Source: a virus (Duplodnaviria; Caudoviricetes). From it: a DNA stretch of 59,633 nucleotides. The notes under the pieces are model-generated. The model ran no database searches. It worked only from the letters and a program-made list of their open reading frames with translations, and had not been told where the DNA came from. The DNA is taken from positions 1 through 59,633 of the IMG/VR virus record IMGVR_UViG_3300023184_000136; one strand, 5' to 3'. The translations under genes were made by a program, and so were the position numbers. Below are positions 30,383 to 39,045 of the stretch, one piece after another (position 1 is the stretch's first letter; the number at the start of each line of letters is the position of its first letter).

Positions 30383-30819
30383 GTTTTTACAAAGAAATAG
30401 TACCATTTATAGATTATATCCATTCAATCAGGAAACTTAAAACTTATGTTAGTTTTGATATGGTTTTCCCAACCAAGTGGAGCATGCCGAAGAGTATGTT
30501 AGAAGAAGGTGAAACAGTTGCATTCCAAGCGGAAGACCAAAACTACAAAGGTATTTCCTTTGTTTCACAGATAGATGAACTGAATGTTTCAACAGTCCTT
30601 ACAAAAATAGCCAAAGTTATCAAACTTAACCAAGAGAGAGAACTCAAAGAAAAATTATTTAAACAGACAGTTGAACAACTCAAACAAACATTTGAGAAAA
30701 CAGATTTAGATAAACTTCAAAATCTATATTTTGATTTTGATGAGGATGACGCACCAAATTTAGATATCGATGAGCAATATGGAGACGAGCCAGAGGATGC
30801 TGAATTGGCTGGAGAGTGA
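30379..30819 (+). CDS. hypothetical protein
   Basis: 146-aa ORF with an acidic tail. Confidence 0.7.
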   Translation: MSFYKEIVPFIDYIHSIRKLKTYVSFDMVFPTKWSMPKSMLEEGETVAFQAEDQNYKGISFVSQIDELNVSTVLTKIAKVIKLNQERELKEKLFKQTVEQLKQTFEKTDLDKLQNLYFDFDEDDAPNLDIDEQYGDEPEDAELAGE

Positions 30820-30964
30820 GAAAAAAAGGGATGACTTACAAGAGAAATCCTATAAAAACAAAATCGTTAAAGAGATTAAACAATTTAAGAAGGAAGAATT
30901 TTTTCCTGTTCCTAAAGAATTAACATTATGGCAGAAGATAAAAATACTAATCCTGGGGAATTAG
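30770..30964 (+). CDS. hypothetical protein
   Basis: 64-aa ORF ending LTLWQKIKILILGN; overlaps both neighbours. Confidence 0.55.
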   Translation: MSNMETSQRMLNWLESEKKRDDLQEKSYKNKIVKEIKQFKKEEFFPVPKELTLWQKIKILILGN

Positions 30965-31161
30965 AGAAACTAGCATTAATTGCTGAGTCAGTACAAACTT
31001 TGTTCAGTGGTAAAGGTACTATTATATTTGAGCTACCTAAGGGAGAATATTCAAGTGTGATTAATCACTTTAGAGAAATTGATAGAAACCACAAACAATT
31101 TTCAATAGACATCTCAGGAACTGAGTTCCATTTTATTTTAATGGAGGAGAGTAAGTCGTAA
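30928..31161 (+). CDS. hypothetical protein
   Basis: 77-aa ORF. Confidence 0.6.
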   Translation: MAEDKNTNPGELEKLALIAESVQTLFSGKGTIIFELPKGEYSSVINHFREIDRNHKQFSIDISGTEFHFILMEESKS

Positions 31162-31780
31162 ACTTTCTGTAAAGGACTTTCTTATCATATCCTTTGGATT
31201 CTAACAAACTATACATATATTTTCTTTGAGGGGTTGAGTAATCTTTGATAAAAAGACAATCACCCCTTTTTATTTTATGGAAGTGATTAGATAAACAATC
31301 TATAAATCTGGAAGATTCGATTTCATTTTTACACGAGAACAAATTAACAACATCATCGTTCTGAACAACAATCTTATTATTAAGAACAGACACCATCTTC
31401 AACCCATCAGATTTCAAATACTTCTTTATAAACTCTTGAGTGAATATTTTTTTATTGATTTGAATATCAAATAAAGATTCTTCTTTTTTAAATTGAGTTA
31501 TTTTAAACAATGTCATACCTTCTTCATCGAGTTTAACCTTTTTACTTCGACCCATTTCATCGGTCATATAAACTGGAACAAGTTGCCTTGAGCTCAACTC
31601 AATAATACCAATCTCATATTGAGACAGTTGTCCATTTTCAACTACCACATCAAAGATAACATCATTAGACTCCGCCAATTTTTTTTCATAAAACTGAGTT
31701 GCCTTCTTTAAAGTTACAAACTTCTTTATTATCTTTTTCTTTAGTTTATTCTTAAACAATACTACAAAGTAGTTTACCAT
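31133..31780 (-). CDS. hypothetical protein
   Basis: ATG 31780 (MVNYFVVLFKN) avoids overlap with dnaJ. Confidence 0.7.
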   Translation of the reverse strand: MVNYFVVLFKNKLKKKIIKKFVTLKKATQFYEKKLAESNDVIFDVVVENGQLSQYEIGIIELSSRQLVPVYMTDEMGRSKKVKLDEEGMTLFKITQFKKEESLFDIQINKKIFTQEFIKKYLKSDGLKMVSVLNNKIVVQNDDVVNLFSCKNEIESSRFIDCLSNHFHKIKRGDCLFIKDYSTPQRKYMYSLLESKGYDKKVLYRKFTTYSPPLK

Positions 31781-31782
31781 AT

Positions 31783-32709
31783 ATGAAAGATTATTACAAA
31801 ATACTGGAAGTTGAAGAGCAATCGTCAGAAGATGACATAAAAAAAAGTTATCGAAACCTTTCAAAAAAGTATCATCCTGATGTAAACCCTGGTGGTGAAG
31901 AGATGTTTAAAGACATTGCCGAGGCGTATGAAGTGTTAGGTAATAAAGACAAACGTGCACAGTATAATAACCGAAAGAGTAATCCCTACGGTGGAACACC
32001 ATTTGAAGATTTATTCACTCAAATGTTTAACCAACGAAATCAGCAACAGCAACAACATTTCAGAAGAAAGTCTGCTCCTGACAAAGTTATAAAGGTTCAG
32101 ATATCACCTATAGAGTCTTATAAGGCTTCAGTCAAAACCGTTAACTATTTTAGAGAACAAGGGTGTAGTGTTTGTAAAGGAACTGGTGGTGATACTAATA
32201 CTTGTGGTACTTGTGGAGGAGCGGGATTCCAACTAAAAACATTTGGAACAGGATTTATGGTTCAACAAGTAAGAACTGCATGTCCTTCTTGTAATGGTAG
32301 AGGAAGCATAATCATCAACAAATGTCATCACTGTTCAGGTAAAGGTACCAAGACGGCAACACAAGAGATTAGAGTGAACATTCCATATGGTGCCGATGAC
32401 GGTCAGTTCCTTAAGTTACAAAATTTGGGTGACTTCAGTAACGGTGAGTACGGAGACTTAGTTTTACAAATAGAAATGACTCCGACAGACGGATATGAAA
32501 AAATGAATAATGATTTAATTTATAATCTATATTTGAACTTAGAACAATTACAACAAGATAAGTTTAACATTCCACATCCAGATGCAGACCTTATGATGTC
32601 TGCGCCAGCAACGTTCGATACCTCCAAACCATTAAGATTAAGAGGTAAAGGATATAGCGGTGGAGATATGTATGTAAAACTTCATGTGAAGTTTGAGAGA
32701 ACTACTTAA
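31783..32709 (+). CDS. dnaJ: DnaJ chaperone
   Basis: J-domain with HPD, four CxxCxGxG repeats and a C-terminal domain. Confidence 0.93.
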   Translation: MKDYYKILEVEEQSSEDDIKKSYRNLSKKYHPDVNPGGEEMFKDIAEAYEVLGNKDKRAQYNNRKSNPYGGTPFEDLFTQMFNQRNQQQQQHFRRKSAPDKVIKVQISPIESYKASVKTVNYFREQGCSVCKGTGGDTNTCGTCGGAGFQLKTFGTGFMVQQVRTACPSCNGRGSIIINKCHHCSGKGTKTATQEIRVNIPYGADDGQFLKLQNLGDFSNGEYGDLVLQIEMTPTDGYEKMNNDLIYNLYLNLEQLQQDKFNIPHPDADLMMSAPATFDTSKPLRLRGKGYSGGDMYVKLHVKFERTT

Positions 32710-32848
32710 AGTAATTAATTATTTCTTTAACTATTTGATAGGTTCCATAGCATGATGAGAACAACATATAGAAACCAAAGAGTATAGTTCCAACTTGAAA
32801 TTTCCCTGGTCCTTTTTGTTTACAGGTCTGACATTCTTTTTCTGACAT
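32702..32848 (-). CDS. 48-aa CxxC + TM peptide (absent from ORF track)
   Basis: MSEKECQTCKQKGPGKFQVGTILFGFYMLFSSCYGTYQIVKEIINYFK. Confidence 0.5.
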   Translation of the reverse strand: MSEKECQTCKQKGPGKFQVGTILFGFYMLFSSCYGTYQIVKEIINYFK

Positions 32849-33071
32849 ATTTATAAGTATGATTAGTGAACAAATTATTAAAAGAGTCCTTTATCAATTT
32901 CTTGATGAAAAGGAATCAGGTAAATTTAAGAAACCTCGCAAGTATAGTCAATCTTATTGTAAATCTACACCTTGTAATAAGATGGGTTTCACACAGAAAG
33001 CCTCTTGTAGACCATACAAAAATTGTTATAAGTAAATTTGCTTTTTTAATTTTTTTTATTATACTTCTAAT

Positions 33072-33911
33072 ATGTTAAGTTATATCGGAGGTAAATCAAA
33101 AATTGGGAAATGGATAGTTCCATTATACCCACAAGACATGGAAACATATGTAGAAACATTCGGAGGAATGTTTTGGTGTTTCTTTAATATGGATTTGAGT
33201 CAATACCCAAATCTTAAGAAAGTTGTGTACAACGACTTCAACCCATTAAATTATAATTTGTTTCGGTGTGTTCAAAATCCAACTGAACTAAAAAGAGCAA
33301 TGGACGCAATTCCTGTTCAACAAGTTGGGGTTACTGTCACTCCTCCTGAAATGAAGGAACAATTTGTTGCATTCCAAAAAGAATTGTTTGGTAGTGGTTT
33401 TACAATAAACTACCCTGACTATGAGGTAGCCGCCAAATACGCGTACGTCCTCACACAGGTCTTTTCAGGTAGTAAGCCTGAGACATCTTCATTTATAGAT
33501 TTAAAAGGGAACTACAAGTCTAAATTCATCACATTTAGGGATAAATTATCAAAACCTGCATGGATTACACATTTTGATAAAATAACTCATGTTGAAAATT
33601 TAGATTTTGAAGATGTTATTAGAAAATATGATTCACCAACAACTTACATTTATTTAGACCCTCCATATTGGAAGACCGAGAATTATTATAATAATCATGA
33701 TTTTGACCGTGAAGACCACGAAAGACTGGCAAATGTTCTTAGTGGAGTTCAGGGTAAATTTAGTTTATCATATTACGATTTTCCGTTATTACATGATTGG
33801 TTTCCTGAGAATCAGTATAGGTGGGAACGTAAACAATTTGCTAAAGCGGCTGCTGCGAAAAAAAATGTCAAACAAAATATGGCTGAAGAGCTGTTGATAT
33901 TGAATTATTAG
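33072..33911 (+). CDS. Dam/D12-class DNA adenine methyltransferase
   Basis: YIGGKS, YVETFGG, VYND, YLDPPY. Confidence 0.9.
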   Translation: MLSYIGGKSKIGKWIVPLYPQDMETYVETFGGMFWCFFNMDLSQYPNLKKVVYNDFNPLNYNLFRCVQNPTELKRAMDAIPVQQVGVTVTPPEMKEQFVAFQKELFGSGFTINYPDYEVAAKYAYVLTQVFSGSKPETSSFIDLKGNYKSKFITFRDKLSKPAWITHFDKITHVENLDFEDVIRKYDSPTTYIYLDPPYWKTENYYNNHDFDREDHERLANVLSGVQGKFSLSYYDFPLLHDWFPENQYRWERKQFAKAAAAKKNVKQNMAEELLILNY

Positions 33912-33954
33912 TTATTTTTGTATTCACAATATATTTATAATTAAATCAAAAGAG

Positions 33955-35301
33955 ATGAAGTTTACGTCGTTATTGAAGTCTGTTATATTAGAGCAATCTA
34001 AATTTGAAGTGTTATTGAACGCTTTGACAAAACCTTCTGTGGATAAAGAAGGGAAAAAAATGAAACCAAAACTTTCAAAAGAAGAGTTCTATGAGCTTAT
34101 GCAAGCTGACCCAACGACTAAATTAAACGACGTTGATTTACAAACTTCAGACCCTGAAGAGTTGAAGAAGGTTAAAGCTGGTAAGTTTACTGCTTGGATT
34201 ATTAAGAACTACTTAACTCCAAAAACTGAAAGACAGCCAGGTGAGAGAGGATATGAAGAAGAAGTAAAACAAGCTAAATTAACTTATATTGAGGACTTAA
34301 GTAAGATTACAAATGACTTAAATAAGTTTATTAGATTTAAAGATAGAATTGAAGGTGAGAGAGATTTAAACAAATTGACTCCATCTGAACTTTATGATAA
34401 GGTAAAAGATTTCTCATTAGAAAAAACTAAAGCGTCCGCTGAAGAAAAGAAGGAAGCTTCCAAAACATTTGAACACCCAGGTGGTCAAGTTATTTACAGA
34501 GGAGATGAGTGGACTGTTGTTAAAATTTCTGATAAGTCTCAATTGGGTAAAGACGCTGCTTGTTTCTATGGTGGTTACTATTTGGAACCATCTAAAGGTG
34601 AAACAAGATGGTGTACTTCAGGTCCTGGTTTAACTTATTTTGAAAGATATATTAAAGATGGTCCTCTGTATGTAATCATTAAAAATGATGATACTAGATT
34701 AGGTCAAAAATCAATGTTGCCGGCAACAAGATATCAATTCCATTTCCCATCTAACCAATTTATGGATTCTGCTGACCATTCAATTGATTTAGTTCAGTTC
34801 TTAAATGGACCAATGGCGGAATTAAAGAATTTATTTAAACCTGAGTTTGCTAAAGGATTAACTGTTGGTGGCGAGAAACTTGTTATTGATAGTTTCAGTC
34901 ACGGAGCAATTGGTAAATTTATTGCGTTATATGGATTGGATGATTTAATTGGTAACTTACCAGATACTTTAAAAGAATTCCAAATTCAAAATAGAGACAG
35001 TAAAAATAATGATGTAATCATTAACATTCCTGAAGAGATTGGAAGATTCAAAGATTTGAATATGATTCTTTTGGATAACTGTATTGATTCAATTCCTGAA
35101 GCAGTTTGTCAGTTACCTAAGTTAAGATTTATGGCGTTAATTAATAACCCTAAGTTGACTTCAATACCTGAATGTATTGCTGATTTACCAAACTTATATT
35201 TCTTGAACTTAAAAGGTTCACCAAATGTAAAAATACCTCAAGCGATATTAGCTAAGGGTGAAGATTTGGGTAATGGTATGTTGGATTTACAATCACATTA
35301 A
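33955..35301 (+). CDS. WCT-motif (PcfJ-related) domain protein with C-terminal leucine-rich repeats
   Basis: ACFYGG...TRWCTS...FERY..DGPLY; LRRs IPEEIGRFKDL, IPEAVCQLPKL, IPECIADLPNL; TATTTATA at 33932. Confidence 0.7.
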   Translation: MKFTSLLKSVILEQSKFEVLLNALTKPSVDKEGKKMKPKLSKEEFYELMQADPTTKLNDVDLQTSDPEELKKVKAGKFTAWIIKNYLTPKTERQPGERGYEEEVKQAKLTYIEDLSKITNDLNKFIRFKDRIEGERDLNKLTPSELYDKVKDFSLEKTKASAEEKKEASKTFEHPGGQVIYRGDEWTVVKISDKSQLGKDAACFYGGYYLEPSKGETRWCTSGPGLTYFERYIKDGPLYVIIKNDDTRLGQKSMLPATRYQFHFPSNQFMDSADHSIDLVQFLNGPMAELKNLFKPEFAKGLTVGGEKLVIDSFSHGAIGKFIALYGLDDLIGNLPDTLKEFQIQNRDSKNNDVIINIPEEIGRFKDLNMILLDNCIDSIPEAVCQLPKLRFMALINNPKLTSIPECIADLPNLYFLNLKGSPNVKIPQAILAKGEDLGNGMLDLQSH

Positions 35302-35312
35302 AATTGATTTAT

Positions 35313-35612
35313 ATGAGTGTTGATGTTGAAATATACATGAATAACTTGATTAAGTTTTTTAAGGAAAACCCTAAAGACTTGTTGAATCTTATCCCAAAGA
35401 ACAAAGAGGATGAGTTCTATGTCAAGATTAAAGAGGTTGCGGCTCAGAATTATGAAAAAGGTGAAGAGGCGGCACTAACTCAACCACAACTAATAGACAT
35501 TTGTAGGGTATTGAATGGTCAGGTGATTGATGAGAAGATTGAAGAAAAAGTTGAAGAATTAGATAAGAGGATTTTTATAAAATACAAAAACGGTTATATC
35601 TGTTTAAATTAA
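35313..35612 (+). CDS. hypothetical protein
   Basis: ORF 35304..35612; ATG 35313 preferred. Confidence 0.7.
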   Translation: MSVDVEIYMNNLIKFFKENPKDLLNLIPKNKEDEFYVKIKEVAAQNYEKGEEAALTQPQLIDICRVLNGQVIDEKIEEKVEELDKRIFIKYKNGYICLN

Positions 35613-35614
35613 AT

Positions 35615-35641
35615 AAGTGGGAGACATTGTCTCCCATTTTT
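35615..35641 (+). terminator. intrinsic terminator
   Basis: AAGTGGGAGAC-att-GTCTCCCATTTTT. Confidence 0.7.
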
Positions 35642-35661
35642 ATTTTCACTATATTTGCAAG

Positions 35662-37302
35662 GTGAAAGAAGAAATCTACAAGAAAAGTTTTGAGAGGTAC
35701 AGTACCACAAAGTATAAAGACTATAATAGTATTGTGCCAATAGATGGACATAATCCTGAATTTATTTTTGGTGCAACCGAAAAACATCCTGCATTCCAAA
35801 AAGAAGAATCTTGGGAAGAGGAAGAGTATTATATGAAACATTTGAAAGACCCTATGTATTCAGTTCGCAAAGAGTATACGATGATTGTGGTTGAAAAGAA
35901 TGGGGATAAGGTTAGTATAAAATTTTTTACGGGAATGATGTCTAGACGAGAGGGAAAACCTTGGTTTAAAGTAGAAAAAAATGTTGATTACATTTCAGTA
36001 AATTTAAAAACAGGGGATGTTTATAATGGGCATTTAAGAGGGTTTAATAAGAAAAAGAAATGTATTAAGAATGTAAGAAGGAATTGTTTCTTTTTGGAAC
36101 CAGCGAATAGTATTAAGTCTAAAATGAAAAATTATTTAACTCTTTTTACTAATACTGCATTTAATGAAGTTACAACCGCATTCTCGGAGTTTTTATTTCA
36201 AATTGACCAAAGGGAAAACTTTGAAAATTTGAATTATGAAGATAGACTATTTAGGTTTTATCTTAACAAAAGAGGAATCAAATATCCTAACAACTTTAAA
36301 GTTTATACAGGTGAACTGAGAGGACCTGAAATAAAAAAGATATTGAAGAAAAACGACAATAAGCTAGTCGAATCAATTATGATTAGACATAATCTTTCAG
36401 GTAAGAAAGTAAGACATGCTTTACATTTTTGTAATAAGTTAAATCTACCTTTATATGAAGTCGCAAGAAAATTATTTGGAGATGATTGGTTGAACCAAGA
36501 TAAAGAAAGTATTATATTGGATTTGTTAAATCAACCATCTTCTTTTATAAATGTACCGGCTCAGTTTACTGAATTGATTTCAAAAGAGGAGTTGAAAAAA
36601 GTTTACACACTTTTCAAACAAGTTTTCATACATGAAAATTTAGATTCAACGACCTTCGGCGACCACATAAGAATGTATGTTGAATTAAAATCATTCGGGG
36701 AACATGATTTGAAGTGGAAGTCAGTTGAAAGTAAACCTGATTTTCGTAAAGAACATTTGGATTGGACAGAGAAACTCCAACATTATAAAATGGGTAATTA
36801 CACAAGACATTATCCTGAGTATATGTATGAAATGATATCTCAACCTTCACATGCCGATTTTCATCAAGTACTTTTGGATACAAGTTCAAACTATAATGAT
36901 GAGAGTAGTTATCAGTCCAACTGTGTTAAAGGATATATTGGAAAACCAAGTTGTTTAATTATTTCTGTAAGGTATGGGAAATTTTTAGAAGAAAGGGCAA
37001 CGATTGAATATAAGTTAACTATGAACAACGGAGTAGTATATGCTGATAGAGTTCAAAGTTTGGGTAAGTTCAATCAAAAATTGGAAGATTCATGGACTAC
37101 AGTTCTATTGAAATTGGATAAACAAGTATTATCTTGTGTTAGAGACAAACGATTTGAAACTGTTAAAATAACCAAAGAGTGTAAGAACGGAGCAATTCTC
37201 AAATCTGATACTTATTGGGATAAAGAGGGTAGTCTTCGATGGACATTTAAAAACATTGACTCACAAGAATCGATTTTCCACTTTAACCTTCCATTATTAT
37301 GA
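35662..37302 (+). CDS. PcfJ-like domain protein
   Basis: C-terminal ESSYQSNCVKGY...IISVR...RATIEY...VQSLGKFN; GTG start after TATATTTG (35650). Confidence 0.72.
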   Translation: MKEEIYKKSFERYSTTKYKDYNSIVPIDGHNPEFIFGATEKHPAFQKEESWEEEEYYMKHLKDPMYSVRKEYTMIVVEKNGDKVSIKFFTGMMSRREGKPWFKVEKNVDYISVNLKTGDVYNGHLRGFNKKKKCIKNVRRNCFFLEPANSIKSKMKNYLTLFTNTAFNEVTTAFSEFLFQIDQRENFENLNYEDRLFRFYLNKRGIKYPNNFKVYTGELRGPEIKKILKKNDNKLVESIMIRHNLSGKKVRHALHFCNKLNLPLYEVARKLFGDDWLNQDKESIILDLLNQPSSFINVPAQFTELISKEELKKVYTLFKQVFIHENLDSTTFGDHIRMYVELKSFGEHDLKWKSVESKPDFRKEHLDWTEKLQHYKMGNYTRHYPEYMYEMISQPSHADFHQVLLDTSSNYNDESSYQSNCVKGYIGKPSCLIISVRYGKFLEERATIEYKLTMNNGVVYADRVQSLGKFNQKLEDSWTTVLLKLDKQVLSCVRDKRFETVKITKECKNGAILKSDTYWDKEGSLRWTFKNIDSQESIFHFNLPLL

Positions 37303-37649
37303 AACCAGAATACATACAAAATTTAGAATCAAAAGATGGCATCTTTTCAATAATGGGTTGTTATGAATTGAAAGGAGAATTCTTAAAATACTTAAGTGAA
37401 AAAAAACTATCGAGAGTATATGAAAAGGGATTAATGAATGAAAGTAATCAGGTAAAATTTGGGGAAGTAATTTTTAAAAGCCAACAAAACTTTTATTTAT
37501 TTGTTCAAATCCGAGTGATTCCACAGTCAGACACAATTTCAAATTTAACTATTTATTATAAAGCGGAACAATACAACGAATTGTATTTGTTCTTATCACA
37601 ATTATTAAAACAATATAAAAATGCAACAACTAACAACAGAACAACTTAA
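37299..37649 (+). CDS. hypothetical protein
   Basis: 116-aa ORF. Confidence 0.65.
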   Translation: MKPEYIQNLESKDGIFSIMGCYELKGEFLKYLSEKKLSRVYEKGLMNESNQVKFGEVIFKSQQNFYLFVQIRVIPQSDTISNLTIYYKAEQYNELYLFLSQLLKQYKNATTNNRTT

Positions 37650-37944
37650 ACAAAAAATGGCTAACGGTGAGGACTTCATACTAGATTTATTTGCAGTATG
37701 GTGTGGACCTTGTAAGGTTATGTTATCTAACTTAGAAAAAGTGAATGAATCTTTAATTAAAGAATCAACAGAACCTAGATACGGGATTTATAAGTACGAT
37801 ATTGATTCAGACAGAGATTTCGTAATTGAAACCTTAGGTATAAGAAGTGTACCAACAATAAAAATATTTAAGGAAGGCAAGGAAGTATTCTCTCAAGCGG
37901 GAGTAATGTCTCCAACCCAAGTACTTAGTTTAATCGAAGACTAA
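37621..37944 (+). CDS. thioredoxin
   Basis: WCGPC and GIRSVPT motifs. Confidence 0.9.
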   Translation: MQQLTTEQLKQKMANGEDFILDLFAVWCGPCKVMLSNLEKVNESLIKESTEPRYGIYKYDIDSDRDFVIETLGIRSVPTIKIFKEGKEVFSQAGVMSPTQVLSLIED

Positions 37945-38246
37945 TGAAAGATTTATCAGTAGTAGTTTATACAATGCAAGGATGTCCATTCTGTCAGGAC
38001 TTTAAAGATATGCTACAGAAAGAAGGTATTGAATTTTTTGATAGAGATATCGATAAGTACAAACAAGAGTATGATATCTTCAGTGAAATTACAAAGAATG
38101 ATATGATACCAGCTCTTCTAATCATCGAAGGAGACGATAAATCTCATGAGTCATTCTTATATGCTCCTGATAGAGACTATGACGAACTAACAGAGGCGTT
38201 AACCATTGTTAATGAACACAGGAAGAAGGTGGGGATTATTAAATAA
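37944..38246 (+). CDS. glutaredoxin-like protein
   Basis: VYTMQGCPFC, MIPA. Confidence 0.85.
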   Translation: MKDLSVVVYTMQGCPFCQDFKDMLQKEGIEFFDRDIDKYKQEYDIFSEITKNDMIPALLIIEGDDKSHESFLYAPDRDYDELTEALTIVNEHRKKVGIIK

Positions 38247-38928
38247 TAATAAAATCTTTAACCTTTTCTTTTAAGAAAGGATATTCATCAAGTGGATTAG
38301 TTACTTCAACATAACAATCCACTTTTTTTATTTCATTACTAATTGCCGAAGTGTCAAAATCAAAGACATCCAATATAGATGACCTCAAGTTTTCATCATA
38401 GTCTTCAGTATGAATATTATACACCTTAAAATCAGACTCTAACTTTTCTTTGTCCGTCGGAACTTCAAACCTTAATCCTGAGAATGGATAGTTTGATGGT
38501 ATGTTATACACAATATGTTTTGTGTAGTAATATAATAATCGACCTTGATTAAGGGAATAACCGTGAGGAAACTCTGAAACAACAATTAATTCAGAATCAT
38601 CATCAAATACCTCCTCGTTGGTGGGGTATGAACAATTATCGTTATTGAATAAAGTGAATTTATAATCTTTTTTAGATACAAATTTTTTATTGTATTCAAT
38701 CAAATCAATGGTATTCAATGATTTAAAAGAAAATTTTTCACAAAATTCATCTGACAATTTTGAAATATCTAAAGGGATGTTATAAGATGTGAGTCCTTTA
38801 ATAACATAAAAATTATTACAATCTGCAATTTGTATTATTGAATCTTCATCAGAAGGAATACTTTTAAGTATGTAATCGGCAAATAAATTTATTATAGATA
38901 TTTTACTTTTAGGTGACTTTAAATTCAT
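38239..38928 (-). CDS. degenerate S-adenosylmethionine synthetase (MetK)-like protein
   Basis: FADYILK...VIKGLTS...LDI, GRLLYYYTKHIVYNI and ILDVFDFDTSAI parallel MetK segments ISDAILD..GEIT..VDI, DRSAAYAARYVAKNIV and FFDLRPYGI. Catalytic motifs are absent. Confidence 0.5.
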   Translation of the reverse strand: MNLKSPKSKISIINLFADYILKSIPSDEDSIIQIADCNNFYVIKGLTSYNIPLDISKLSDEFCEKFSFKSLNTIDLIEYNKKFVSKKDYKFTLFNNDNCSYPTNEEVFDDDSELIVVSEFPHGYSLNQGRLLYYYTKHIVYNIPSNYPFSGLRFEVPTDKEKLESDFKVYNIHTEDYDENLRSSILDVFDFDTSAISNEIKKVDCYVEVTNPLDEYPFLKEKVKDFIII

Positions 38929-39018
38929 AAAAAAAGAATTAAATTTTAATAATCCTAATACTAATAAAAATTATCTGAAAGTTGTAGTATTCTTTTTTAC
39001 AATAATAAACTTTCGTTG

Positions 39019-39026
39019 TATTTATA
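39019..39026 (+). promoter_or_regulatory. TATTTATA putative late promoter of the collagen-fibre operon
   Basis: 19 nt upstream of ATG 39046. Confidence 0.5.
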
Positions 39027-39045
39027 GGATAACAAAACAGTTTGG

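Noticed and set aside
32866-33078. 70-aa ORF upstream of the Dam-like MTase
   Set aside because: GTG start with no motif; more likely an intergenic or regulatory region, although a small gene cannot be excluded.
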